Under the pieces are notes generated by a model. It was not told where the DNA came from and ran no database searches. It worked only from the letters and a program-made list of their open reading frames with translations. From the NCBI RefSeq assembly GCF_006345805.1, contig NC_043005.1, forward strand, positions 39,618,001 through 39,682,000: a stretch of 64,000 nucleotides of DNA, written 5' to 3'. Of the stretch, positions 26,411 through 40,996 are shown one piece after another. A program made the position numbers and the translations under genes. The first letter of the stretch is position 1. Every line of letters starts with the position of its first letter. This stretch comes from Octopus sinensis (Eukaryota).

Positions 26411-26989
26411 TACTTTTTTCACGAACCAACTGGCTGCAATATACATTTTTTAAATGTATTTCTTAAATATTCTTGTTGACAATAAGTCAAAAAATTTATT
26501 CTCGACTTAGCTTATCTCTTATACACAGTACAAGATACACACAGGCACTTGTACATAAAGACTTATATATAATTATTTACACACAGACGGTAGAAGGAAG
26601 GGTTATGGGTTATTAGTGAGAGATGGAAGAAATGCCGCTAGCAATTCCAACATTTCGCCTAGGTGAGATTATAACGTGTCGAGAAGTAATGAGTTTAAAA
26701 GAAAAGGTAAAAGAAACCATTTCCCGCCTGCTGTCAAAGCCATTTCATCCTCTGTCTGCGTAAAGTAAAGGTGCCACTCTAAATTTGAATTTTAGAAAAA
26801 CAATTGAAAACCTTGTTTTGTGAAACAAAAAAGAACACACAGCCGTCACTCGCAAGCGGATATGACCTTGTAACATATACCATGCTTTGGATAATTATTT
26901 CTGACGGAGAAACATTGACACCGTTTCAGTTTTTCCCATTTTGTTTCAGTGAAATATCCGAGGTCTGACAGCCGAGTTGTCGGAGGCAG

Positions 26990-27441
26990 GTGCACCAACC
27001 CTGGACTGGCGTTCCTTTTCAGCTGGGTAGTCTGAAGCAACATAAAATAGATTGCCTTGCTTAAGAGCACAGCGTATCGCTCAGTCGCGGTATCGAACCC
27101 ACAAGCTTATGATAGTGATTCCAATAGATACCCTTAACGACTAGGACACGCGCCTTCATTCTTGTTTTATATCATAATAATCAGTCCCTGCACATTAATG
27201 TCCTAGACCTCAGAGGGCTGATTACGCGGTTTCCATGGCGTATAAGTAAACGAAATCATAGCATACTCCCTGAACGAGACACCAGTCCATCAGAGGATTA
27301 CTCATTTACTGCAGTTGGGCCTGGAGCGACCTGAAATGAAGTGTTCGGCTCAAGAACACAACGCACCACACGGTCTGGAGATCGAAACCAGAATCTTACG
27401 ATTGTGAGTGCAACATCCTAACCACTAGTCCACGCAACTTC
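26990..27441 (-). mobile_element. Two adjacent tRNA-derived SINE copies (about 26990-27160 and 27200-27441)
   Basis: Minus-strand heads TGAAG..GCGTG..CTAGT.GTTA.G with B-box-like GGTTTCGATC/GGTTCGATAC. Confidence 0.7.
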
Positions 27442-28679
27442 ATTTCATTGTTGTTCTGTGACTAATATTTAATGTAATCACACAAACATTGGAGTTCTTT
27501 CGCCAGATGTCTCTTAATAACGTTTTGTGACCGTGGTTTGTACTTGAAAGTATGAGTTACTCAGCATAATCTCGTTTATCTGCAGCAATATGTAACCGCA
27601 GTAGCCAACAAGGAAGCATATATGCCATATTTCGACCTACTAGAAATAACTACCAAATCTTCCTCATAAATCTGCTCTGCATTAAAAAAGGCGGTACACA
27701 TTGATGATTTAAGTCTACAAAATTAAGACTAAGTACCGATCTGAGTGTTTTGGACCACAGGTCAGTTCGATCAGAGTTGATCGGTAGTATGTAACTGCAA
27801 AGTCGTATCTTTATGAATCACATCACCTTTCTAAATGTCTTCACCTATTTACGACATATGTGAGACAATCTAATCATCATCATCATTTATATCCATGGGT
27901 TGATATTTGAGAGAATCGGATGGGCCCAAGGACGTACCATATTCCATTATCTGCTTTTTCATGATTTCTTCAGCTAGCTACTTTTCCCAACATCAACCAT
28001 TTACAGCGTATACTGGGTGTCTTTTTCACTCTACCGACACTAATGAGGTCATCCTGCAGCTCATAACACTACACAACCTGAGGCGCGTGATGAGGATATT
28101 GAGGGTTAAAGTTTGAAAAGGGTGAGAGGGACGAGCATGTTCTTACTGTAGAGGAGTTACATGATTATTCACATTTAGAAGAGAGGATGAGAATGATCAG
28201 TAGGAGCTGCAAGTCCAGGAGGCTGTTCAGTTAGAATCTGTGTTTAAAGAGATGTAAAATAACGGAGAGATCACAACTCTCCCATATTACAGATTTTAAA
28301 ACCTGCTGGAGTTATTTCTCCATCCACAGCAGTTATTTCGGATACGGTGTTATGCCATTCATACAACATAGGCAATTGCAAAGTTACCAGAAATATCCGA
28401 ATCTCATCCCTTTGAGTTTTGAGGGCCCTAATTTATTTGGTTGAGATACAAAGATCTGAATAGAAAGGGAAAATGCATTTGCTGGTGACACAAAGTCTGA
28501 AGAGAAATGGAAATTGGATTCAAATGTGCCAGCGTATCAACGTATATATTTACTTTACATAGAAACCATAACCGTCACTCTGTAACGAATATCATTTAAT
28601 AGAATGTAGAATGGTTTTGTGAGTAGCACACAATTTGAGCCATCACCATCGCTCCAAATGTTAGACCTAATTTTCATCG

Positions 28680-30228
28680 AAGATTTCTTCTGGTCGCAAG
28701 AAGAAGGAGGAAAGCAAAAGCAAGTGGAAACCATCAGAAATGGAGAGAACTTGACAAGCAGTACAACAGACAGGCACTAGAGGACAAGAGGACAATAGGA
28801 ACCATTAAGATCAGATATGTCTGGAGGCGGAAGATGCTTCACAGAAAGGTGACATGAAGTCTGTTTTTCGTTTGGTGAAGGAATTGAGTAGAAAGAGGAA
28901 GTGGACTCCACGTAGTGACGTCATCAACGATAAAGAAGGTAACATCCTGACAGAGCAAGAGGACATCAAAGCTAGGTAGAGAGAATACAGCACCGATTTG
29001 TACAGAAGGAGGCAGAAAGATCTCTCCGCTGCACCCGCTGTAGCAGAAGACAGAGAACCGAAACCACTCAAAGAAGAAGTGAGGCAGGCGCTGTACCACA
29101 CTAAGAACGGGAAAAGCCCTGGCGTGGATGAACTTCCCATCGAGGTACGGAAGGCGACGGGATATATTGGGAAAGAACTGTTATGGAGACTGTGTGTCAA
29201 GATCTGGAGTGACGTGGAGTGGCCGATCGACTGGTGTCGTGCAGTCTTCGTACCAATACCAAAGAAAGGCAACCCACGCGAGTGCACTAACCACCGAACC
29301 ATCAGCCTTATTGTCCACGCAAGCAAGATCCTGCTGCAAATCATCGTAGGTAGACTGCAGCGGAAATATAGCAGTGTCATCGCTGAGGAACAAGCCGACT
29401 TTGTCAAGGACAGAGGAACAAGGGAACAGATAGTCAAAATCAGGATGATGATCGAGAAGTTTAAGGAATGTAACATCCCACTTTACGTGTGTTGCATCGA
29501 CTACTCTAAGGCAACACAGCAAGATGGGGGACGTCATGAAGGACACGGGATTTCCTGAACACTTAATCGCACTGCTGGCGCGACTATATCAAGATCAACA
29601 GTCATCTGTCAGGACGTCCGTCGGTGACACTGAGTGATTCGGTATTGAGAAGGGTGTCCGACAGGGATGTGTTCTGTCTTCATATCTGTACAACATCTAT
29701 GCAGAAAATATCATAAGAGCGGTGAAGGAGAACTACGACGGTGGTGTGCAGAGAAAGGCTGTGCAATCTGAGATACGCCGATGACATTAGTCTCATATGT
29801 AACAGCAAGGACGAATTGCTGCAGATGATACGCAAAGTGAAAGACATGAGTGCACAAAGTAACAGATTCCTGAATGTAAAGAAGACAAAGATCTTGATGG
29901 TGCATAAGTACAGGACAGACCGAGGTAACTTCACCGTAGACGGAGAGGTGATTCAGGAAGTGGATGATTTTGTGTACTTGGGATCTACAATCAGCACCAG
30001 TGGATCAAGTACACCAGAGATACAGAGAAAGCTCGCGATAGCGAGGCAAGCGGTACATGATATGGAGAACACCTGGAAGAGTCATGGTGTGTCAATGCTA
30101 CTTGGGATAAGGCTACTTTGGGCTGTCATTTTCTCTATTGCGACGTACGGTTGCGAGTCGTGGACAATGTTGAAGGCAGATGAGAAAAGAGTGAGCGCTT
30201 TTGAGATGTGGTGTTACCGCAGAATCTC
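28680..30228 (+). mobile_element. RTE-clade (BovB-like) LINE RT region, truncated and frameshifted
   Basis: KNGKSPGVDELPIE, WPIDWCRAVFVPIPKKG, NHRTISLIVHASKILL, EEQADF..RGTREQI, CIDYSKA, RQGCVLS, NLRYADD, LNVKKTKI, FVYLGS, YGCESWT and AFEMWCYRRI. Confidence 0.95.
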
Positions 30229-32710
30229 TTACGTTCTCTCTGAATCAATTAAAAACACAAAACGAATGCTATCACCATTCACTCTCTCTTTCACTCCCCC
30301 TCTCTCTCTTTCCCTGTTACTTCTCTGAAACATTTAAAAGCACAAAAAGAACGCCTTCACAACTCACTGTCTCTTTCACTCTCCCACTTTCTCTCTCACT
30401 CTCCCTTTCTCTCTTACTCTCTTTCCCTTACATCCTCTCTGTCCTCTCTCCGGATTTGCCACTTCTTTGAAGTAAGTGTGACGCACACATCAGGTACGTA
30501 CAAAAACAGCGTATTAATATTGTGTATGTATGTATATATGTGTGTAGTTAGTTAGTTAATTAGATAGGTAGGTAGGTAGCTGGGTAGGTAGGTAGCTAGG
30601 TAGGTAGGCAATTAAACTTGTAATAGGCTTTGTCCAACCAAATGTAATACTTTTTCTATCGTTCTATTTTATTTTTTATATTGTGGTGGTCGTATAGAGG
30701 AAAGATCTCAGTTCAGAAAGATCTGAGACCGATGTTGTAATGGAAACTACACTCTGTTCAGTTAAAAGGATGATGGTTCACTCTGTCTTTGACTATTTTT
30801 GTAAGTCTATCCATTTTAACAATCAAATCACTCTGGGCGAAATAATATTTCTTCCTATCAATCTTTTGAGTAGTTGAATGTGGATCACAACTATAATATA
30901 TATCTTGATAATGTAATAACTGTCTAGAGTTCGGTTCTCTCTGTCCTTCATTTAGAACAAGTATATAGTTGTAATCTGTGAGATAACACTTGAGAATAAG
31001 TGAGACTAAGTATTTTGCTATCCGTCACAATTGATCACGCACGCATAACTCGGGCCAGCTATGTAGTTCCGGCTAAATAAACTGAACAGTATGAGATTTA
31101 TTGCTTTAATGTCATTTTGAAAGTTAGAAGTTCCTAGTTATGAATTTTCTCCATCGTCTTGCAAGTAATTGCGCAGTTCTTTTTATATTGATATAAGATG
31201 TGAGGAAAAGATATAATCGCAATTCCAAGGTCTTGAATAGAACTAAAATAACCATATAAATCCAACTAAACACTTAGACAGATACGAGAGAAAGATTATT
31301 CCATTTAGTGTCAAGTGAGGTGATAAATATCAGAAAAACTGGTAAAGAGCTACTTTAAGCAATTAGGATGAGAATTTAGTCATAAAATTCCATATCATTC
31401 TTCGATATTTTATACGATTTTTTTTATCCCCAACTAAATTATTTAGCATAAAATTACAAGTTAGGTACCAACAATACCAGCAGCAGTAAAAACATTTCTA
31501 TTATGTAACATTGTAAGGATTAGCTGTGAAACAGGACTTCTCTATCAGCTTCGTTGAGTTATATAGCTAAAGTGAGAAAATAATTTTTTTTTCTTTCACA
31601 TTACGGCGATAATAAGAAAATAGTTTACGTGGAACACATTTATTTCTGCCTGTAAAAGTGATGTCTGAGAAAAACAAGTGGTTTCAACGTTTAACAATAC
31701 CGTTTTTTACCTCTTGCTGTAAGAAACCGCTGAGAATCCAAAACATTGGATTTGGTTCAAATCAGAGGACGAGTGGAACAGCAAGATCGAGTATTAAGGA
31801 TGGTAGAAACATCTGGCCCAAAGTCATATCTGACTTAACAAAGCTGGTAAAGTTGTGAGGGAGTTGTGTCTCTTATATCTGCGAGTGGCCCAAGGTAGCT
31901 CTGGTGTCGCAGTTGAAGGGGCCTAAACACCTACAAAACTACTTCGCCGCCTGATGAGTAATCAACTCCTGCATTCGAGGAACAGCACCACCCTCAGCAT
32001 AAAGTGTTTATTCTAAACGTTGTAAGAGAATCTGGAAGAGCTCAAACTGCTGAGGGATACAGCAAAACTATTCTGTATTCATGCCTAATTTCTGAAATCT
32101 TGATGGTCAACAAAAGCATTTCTCATTCTTTTAAAAATATTATCCCCTTATAGATTAGAGGGGTTGGTATCAAAACCCTTTACTGGTAATATAGATAATA
32201 TAAAACTCTCATATATGGATTCACCTTAAGACTTTTGGATCACGGTATAGAGTGGAATAAATTTATCATGTTATGATAAATTAAAGGAATCATTAAATCC
32301 AAATTATATTTTTCAAATAAAAATCATGACAAACTTAATCACGTGCGAAGCATATACTATATAAATAGTTGATCAGCTGTATGTCATTAGAAAATTAAAC
32401 GTAAAAAGGTAGATATATATAATTTGTATAAAGTTTTGGAATACTAAAAATTTAACTCTTCTAGCTTGTTTTTATATTATTTTTATACATAATGAAAAGA
32501 TATGGTTTCTACGATGTGCTAAGATGAGAAAATCATAGCATGTCTTTTTGGAGATAATTTTTTACGTTGCGCGAAGGCCAGCGAAGCGACTTTCCGGTGG
32601 GAACAATAGTCCTATGCACAGGCATTGCTGACATTTTGCATGGGCAATGGTCAGTGATGATCTCGCTCGGCCACCAGTGAACAGCCATCATCATGATGTT
32701 GTTAGCTAGG

Positions 32711-32882
<172 letters not shown>

Positions 32883-33951
32883 AATGCGTATACGTATACT
32901 CTGCAACTCAACTGCCGTTCTCTCCGAATAAAATTATAGTCACACGTAATGACGAGGCTCTGTGCGTAATGAAAAACCTTGAATATTATAAATGTATTCT
33001 CTTTATACGTAATGACAAAACTCCACTGATATCCAGCAACAATATCCAGTTACATGACAAAAGTACATTTGATTAACAAAAACACGTTGATCTGCAATAA
33101 GTTGAAAGCGAAAATAAGCTTCCATTTCAAAGTATCGTAAAATTATAAAGAATTTTAAACAGTGACAAGAAACGCTTCGTATCTGTGAATGTGACAACTG
33201 TAAACTTTAGAATAATGTTTCTAAATATATCTTACTTACGTTTCTCTCTTGATCACACCTTTTCTTGCCATTGTCTCAGTATTCTCCGAGTGTCTAAACA
33301 TTCTGCTAATATCCTTTGTAGATTTTTTCCGCTAAACAACTCTTTAAAAAGTCATGATATTTCGGTTTCTTGGTTTTGGAAGCCGAACGCGTTATCACGT
33401 GGATACGCCGCATCACGTCATACACGTACACACAAACATACATAAACATTCACGTACATACACATACGCACTTACATATGTGTAGACATGTAACGTTTTT
33501 TTTGTCTGTGTGCGTGTGTATGTGTGTGTGTGTGTGTGTGCGCGCGCGCGCGCGTGCTTGGATGGATGTTTCTCCGTCGCTTTCCACAATGAGGATTCGG
33601 TTGTTCTATCAAACGAGTTACCTTCTCATTGAAGTGACGTGTAAGTGACTGAATATTCCACACACGTGTATTCTGACAGAATCAGAGTAGAACAATGTGA
33701 TATGACCATAACCTTCAATTACATGTATATTCCCTCCGACTGTAAAATACACACACATACACACACATACATACACACACATACATATATATGTAATAAA
33801 TACACCTGCGCGCGCGCATGTGCAGTAAAATCGATAAAAAGAGTAGTCACCTCTCCTTACGGCAAATTTATTGCACACTTTTAATCGATTGGCACGTAAA
33901 TGATATATGTTGTCAACGCAAAACAACACCAGCGCCATTGGAGTCCGATGA

Positions 33952-34013
<62 letters not shown>

Positions 34014-35429
34014 TGTGTGTGTGTGTGTGTGTGTGTGTGTTGTGTGTGTATACATAGATAGATATCATATTCATATATATGTATGTGAGCGTGTGTATGT
34101 GTGTGTGTGAGTGTATGTAATGTTTGTTGATTGCTTATTTATGTCTATAGAAGCGGAAAATACAGATTCACAATTGAATTTTAACAGTCCATTTAATACG
34201 TATGTTTCAAGTAACTGCTCATAGATAAAAACGGAATTTCAATTCTAACTCAAAATCTTTCTCAGTTATATAATAAAATAGCATTACTTTGTTTTACTTC
34301 ATTATTACTGATTGTACGATTTTATGCCACTACAAGGTAGTCCCCTCTTAACTCTATTCATATGGATACTATAACTAGGATTTAGGGTGCCCTGTTTTAT
34401 TGGTTTTGAGTCTTAAATTCTGGCAATGTACATTGCTTGTAAGCTTGATACGATATATACATGTGTGTATGTGCGTGCGCGTGTGTATGTGTATGCGTGT
34501 ATATTTGTGTTGATAAATGTGTATATATTTGTATGTATGTATTTATATGCATTCTATTAATCTCAATTATTAACCAACATTTTTGTGCTTATTACAGATT
34601 CAGTGTTCAAATTTTGTCAGGATTAGCTTCAGAATTTGACATCTCAGTCCTTCATCATTTCGTTGTTGAGGAATTGAAATACAGAATTCGTATTTCCACA
34701 GATTATATTCCTTCCGAATAAATATACATATATGACCTGCTGTCAAATTTAGAAATTTCAGCCGACACCTTCTAACAGTAAACAAATATAGGGAGAAGGA
34801 TGGAAGTTATAAATTATAGAATGGAAACGGTTCACTCAGTTGAAAGACAATTTGAGATAAGAGAGGAAAATTTAGTAATTAAGACCGTAGTTAAACCAAG
34901 GATATTGTCAAAGTTTCCTTGATATTTACCTAAGTCGTAGAAAGCTATAGCTGCGAGAACCCCCGAGTATTTCCTGAGTTTGCTCGTTTGCTCAGAGAAG
35001 TTCTTGATGAAAGCACTAAACCTCGAAAACATAGATGGAAATCAAGTCACAAGAAACAGCATTAAAATTAACGTCAGAAAACTGTTGTGCTGATGACGCC
35101 TATTTAAGCAATAAACACTGATTCCTGCTATCCAGATTATCAGATTGTCTTTTCTTTAGCGGCATGTTAGTTCCGGAGAAAAATTCTTGGTTGGGAAGAT
35201 TATCTCTCCTCGTTCCTTTTGAAATAAAGTTAATGACAGTTGCACCTAACTTTTGTTGTACATACACTTGAAGTGAAGTATAAATTAATTTAAACAAACC
35301 CAGAATTATTTTGTATGATATTTAATATACGTTCATTTGTCTTTGTTGTTCGAATTCATGGTAGTGGTTCCCCCGAGTTATTCGCTTAGCTCGTTTTCTC
35401 TTTACTTACATATGTGTGTGTGTGTAAGT

Positions 35430-35539
<110 letters not shown>

Positions 35540-36078
35540 GCATATATATATATGTATGTATATATATATAAATATATCCATTTATACATATGTACATATA
35601 TATTCATACATACACACAACAATGCGTGTATGTATATATATAAATATATTTGTGTAAGTGTGTTTGTGTATGTGTGTGCGTGTGTTGAGAGGTAGAGAAA
35701 ACGACATATTAATGATATTTTCAGGTTGATTGTAAATATATGCAATCTAATTAGTGTATATGTGGGGAGGGGCGAGTGCGTGTGTGTACATATACATTCA
35801 TATACTTGCGTGTGTGTGCGTGTGTGTGTGTGTATGTGTTTTAAAATCAAATTTCTCTAAGTAAATGTTGGTCTCTGAAGTCAACAGAATAGACAGCTAA
35901 ATGTTGGCCACAAAACTTCACAACAGACATCTGAGCTGATTGTTTCAGAGATATGATTTACTGCATTAAATCTGATTAAATCACTCTTTCTCTCTCGTCT
36001 CTCAGATCTAACTAAACGTACACATATATACGAACATATATGCAAACGTACATAAATGCATGCATGTGTGTGTGTGCC

Positions 36079-36124
<46 letters not shown>

Positions 36125-36162
36125 TGTATGTATGTATATATACATCTATATAATTCATGTAC

Positions 36163-36245
<83 letters not shown>

Positions 36246-36260
36246 CATATACGTATAATT

Positions 36261-36293
<33 letters not shown>

Positions 36294-36303
36294 CATATAT
36301 ATA

Positions 36304-36342
<39 letters not shown>

Positions 36343-36343
<1 letters not shown>

Positions 36344-36708
36344 TAGCAGTATCGCCCGGCGTTGCTCGGGTTTGTAAGGGAAATAACTATAAAGCATTTT
36401 TAGAGAGTTATAGCCAAAAAATGGGAAAAAAATGATGGTAAATTTTTTTTAGTTAAAAAGGTCGAGTTGCGACCCCTAGATAGTCTGTGGTTTGTGTTTC
36501 TAATTCTCGATCCCATGTCGAATTTATCGATTTTTTTCAGAACTGGGGGAACTTTTCAAAATTTTCGCTGCGTTAGTTTTGAATTATGACATTGGGCTAT
36601 GTGTGTGTCAAGTTTCATCAGAATCGGTTGAAAGCCGTGGTCAGGGTGAGGGTACAACCTAACAGACACACAGAAACACACACAGACAAACTGCCGTTTA
36701 TATATAGA
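36343..36708 (-). mobile_element. Non-autonomous Helitron-like element, copy B
   Basis: Minus strand starts TCTATATATAAAC, has internal TGTG/CTGT repeats, the same 3' hairpin and CTAG end as 6491-6560, and is inserted A|T within (TA)n. Confidence 0.8.
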
Positions 36709-36719
36709 TATATATATAT

Positions 36720-36768
<49 letters not shown>

Positions 36769-37376
36769 ATTTTATATACATATGTGTGTGTGTGTGCGTA
36801 TTAAACTTTTACCAGGAAAATGTTGATAGTGATTTCGATGTTTCGACTTGCTTGCCTTGGTTAGACCGTCTGTAGAACACTAGGCAACCCAAAACTTAGA
36901 AGTCACTGTCAGGCTATTCCTCGTACAAATTTAATAAAGAAGTATTGAGCAATCCTTCTTGGCATTATGGTAGAATGGTTGAAAATTTCGCTTTACAACA
37001 ACAACGTCCCGGGTACGATTTCGCTTTGTGGTATCTTGACCACGATTTATTTTCAACAAAATCCTGCCATAAAGTGAGTGTGAAACCGGGGTAGAAAGAA
37101 ATTTGCATACATGTTTATGATGTGGGTTATACCTGAAATAGGGTGTACAGCTAGATGACACACTGTACACACGAATTCTGACAGGAAAATAGATTAAGGG
37201 TACACGTCTGTGGAAAATTCAGCTACTTAGATGTTAATTCAGGAGCAGGTAAACCCTCATTCTAAAGCAATAAATGTACCAGCATTTATATTTATACATG
37301 CATACATACATATATACATACATACATGCATACGTATATACGTACATACATACATACATACATACATACATACATA

Positions 37377-37750
37377 CAGGAGTGGCTGTGTGGTAAGAAG
37401 CTTGCTTCCCAACCGGGTTCTGGGTTCAGTCTCACTGTGTGGCACCTTGGGCAAGTGTCTCCTCCCATAGCCTCGGGCCGACCAAAGTCTCGTGAGTGGA
37501 TTTCTTAGATGGAAACTGAAAGAAGCCCGTCGTATACATATGAATGTATTTATGTCTGTGTTTCTTCCCCACCATCGCATGTCCACCGATTTTGGTGTCT
37601 TTACATCCCCGTAACTTTGCTGTTCGGCAAAAGATACCGAAAGAATAAGTATTAGGCTTACAAAGAATAAGTCCTAGGGTCAATTTCTTGGACTAAAGGC
37701 GATGCTCCAGCACGGCCGCAGTCAACATGCTAAAACAAGTAAAAAGAATA
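37377..37750 (+). mobile_element. Full-length tRNA-derived SINE
   Basis: Head CAGGAGTGGCTGTGTGGTAAG..GGGTTCAGTC, central GGCACCTTGGGCAAGTGTC, tail GCTCCAGCACGGCCGCAGTC..AAACAAGTAAAAAGAATA. Confidence 0.9.
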
Positions 37751-37781
37751 CTCACTCACACACACACACACACACACATAT

Positions 37782-37854
<73 letters not shown>

Positions 37855-38963
37855 CATATACATATACACACATATATATATAATATATATGTGCATATAT
37901 ATATAAACATATGTATATATGTGTATATCTCTCTATATATATATACACACACTATTTATAAATATATATACATAGATAATGATTTATGCATACGAGTATA
38001 TTTATCTATCTATATATTTATAATTATACATTCATACTTACATATACGCACGCAAATACTTATAAGATAGACACATATTCGTACATACATAAAAATATAT
38101 GCATATAGATAGATAAATAGATAGATAGATAGATACACATACGCACATATACACACACACACATATATATACGCTTGTCACAGTCACTTGATATCCTCTC
38201 TATCGCTTTCTTCACACTCTCTCTCTTTTTTTCACTCTCTCTCTCTCTCTCTCTCTCCCTTTCTCTCTTTCCCTCTCTATCTCTCATTGTCTCTCTTTCA
38301 CACACTCTTTCACTTTCTCTTTTACTCTTTGATGTCATTTACGTTTTATTCGCATGTTCTTAAACGGAGTAACTGTTTTTCATACTTGCAACATATATAC
38401 ATTAACTCTCACAACCATACTTCCTTTGCGTACGTTCCGATGCGTGTACGTATTGTGTATATATGTGTTGTACTTGTATGAGTTTTTCTGTGCGTCTATA
38501 TATATATATATATGCGAATGTTTGTTTTTGTGTCCATGCGTGTATATGTGTATGTACAAGAGATTTTTTTATATGTGTCTACAAACCAATTTCAACATCA
38601 TATATCCAACAAACTATAAATGGGCGTATATAATTAAGCGGAAATATAATTGCATTTTAAAAATAATTTTATCTATATACGTTATCAGGCAGTGAATGCA
38701 CGGCAAAGAGAGGCGGGTGTCATTAATATTGTCTTTGTATTTTAGCAAGGAATATCATTTGATCACTCAGTTTACAGGACCATTCGATTAATTTTAGTAT
38801 GTTTAGATGTTTTACGTTATGGCTTTGCATTCAACGACTTCATACACGTAGCTTCATTCAGTTATTCAGTTTACACGCGTGTGTAATCTCAATATATAAG
38901 TGTGTATGCAGTATGAATATATGTATATATATATATATATATATAGATATATATATATATATG

Positions 38964-39082
<119 letters not shown>

Positions 39083-39102
39083 ATATATGTATATATATAT
39101 AT

Positions 39103-39136
<34 letters not shown>

Positions 39137-39310
39137 AACACACACATATGCATATGTATATTTATATAAAATATATCTACTCGTTTATATATATACATAC
39201 ATATATATATATATGTATGTATCTATGTATGCATATACATACACACATATATATACACACAAATGAATATATACATATTTATATACATATATACTTGTAT
39301 GTAAATATAT

Positions 39311-39372
<62 letters not shown>

Positions 39373-39652
39373 GTGTGTGCATGCGTGCGCGCATGCATAT
39401 ATATATATATGTACAAGAGCATAAATGATTATGCTTACGCTACGTATTCCCTCCAGACACCTAATCAATTTCTGCCTCTCCCTTTTCTAAAACGTTTCCG
39501 CTTTTAATATAAATACTGTAATTAACAGGCCTTTAATGACTCCGTAATTAAGAAATGCCACCAAAGCTGAACAGTGACTTCTATCTCAGAATATTAGGGA
39601 CTTCAGATTTGAAACGAGAAAAATTCAATAACACATACATACATACATACAT

Positions 39653-39654
<2 letters not shown>

Positions 39655-39698
<44 letters not shown>

Positions 39699-39866
39699 GG
39701 ATGGATGGATGGATGGATGGATGGATGGATGGATGGATGGATGGATGGATGGATGGATGGATGGATGGATGGATGGATGGATGGATGGATGGATGGATGG
39801 ATGGATGGACGGACGGACGGACGGACGGACGGACGGACGGACGGACGGACGGACAGACAGACAGAC
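39655..39866. repeat. Compound tetranucleotide microsatellite TAGA>TGGA>CGGA>CAGA
   Basis: Directly visible. Confidence 0.95.
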
Positions 39867-40525
39867 ATACACATATACATATATACATACATATATAACG
39901 ATTATTTGATGTACTTCACTCCAGTTCATATCAATTATTTCACTAAGAGAGAATAGAACAGGTTTCTAACAAGATATCTTTCATTCTTTTACAAAGCGAA
40001 ACAACCAATGAGGCTAAAACTTAAATGCTACTCAAATTATTACCGAAGATTTATGGTCTTTTCTCAGAAATATACAACGATGGTTGGCAATTGACATAAG
40101 TTTAGCAGTCTACTGTCAAGTCGTGCACAAAGTCAAAACACGGGAAGGACAGCACCTCACACAAAATGGTATTTGTCTAATATCTTCACTTTCGAAATGA
40201 AAGCAGAAACGGCCTGCTAAATTGCTTGCGTTATTGCACAAAGAAGAAAATAAACTGGAACTGTTTCAACCATTTCCTGTATCTTGAATTTAAATTTTCC
40301 TATCTTTCTACATAGCAAATGACCAATGAACTATGGTGACTTTCTCTCAGTTAAAATACTTTCATCAAATATCCCCTATAGGCAACCTCTATCTCTCTCT
40401 TCCAAAATGTTTTCTTTTTAATGTATATGCCATCACCCGCCAGCGATTGTATCCTTGTATCATATACCATATGTTTGTCAATTGCTTATGTAATCGCAAA
40501 CCGACATCACCCATTAAACGTATTG

Positions 40526-40967
40526 GGATCTTTTCGGTTTGAACGGCAGTTTTTCTAGCGGTGTCATATGAAATTGTCACCCATAATTATGACCCTAGTA
40601 TCGATCTATTGTATTTCAATCTGTTTTAGGGTTAGGGTTAGTTAGGGTTAGGGTTAGTTAGGGTTAGGGGTGGGGGGAAGGGTATCTTTTTTTCTTCACA
40701 AATGTAAATAAACCCAATCCGTTTCTTAAACGAGGGACATATTCATACGGCACAGAATGTTTTTTTACCTCAATACACGTCATTGACTGGTTGAACTTGC
40801 AGAAATTGAAGGAAAAAACAACAAATATCTTACAAACTATAGAATTTTCTCAATAAAGCCAAGAATAAAAGATGTTTTATAAACACATTCTACCAGCATA
40901 CGAAGTTTAAAATTTTTTAGTTACCTAGAAATTATGTTAAAAACTGCCGTTCAGACCGAAAAGATCC
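40526..40967. mobile_element. 442 bp MITE with 29-bp TIRs, 8-bp TSD and internal TTAGGG repeats (Merlin- or hAT-like)
   Basis: TIR GGATCTTTTCGGT(T/C)TGAACGGCAGTTTTT with 1 mismatch; flanks ACGTATTG and ACGTCTTG (7/8 match). Confidence 0.9.
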
Positions 40968-40996
40968 ACGTCTTGTACTGTGGTAGTATTATTTTC

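Noticed and set aside
34832-35032. Possible minus-strand exon FIKNFSEQTSKLRKYSGVLAAIAFYDL ending at AG|GTAAAT
   Set aside because: Plausible splice signals but no recognisable homology or partner exons; needs RNA-seq or BLASTX.
40626-40670. True telomere or chromosome-fusion site
   Set aside because: Short, interrupted, and enclosed by TIRs and a TSD, so it is transposon cargo.
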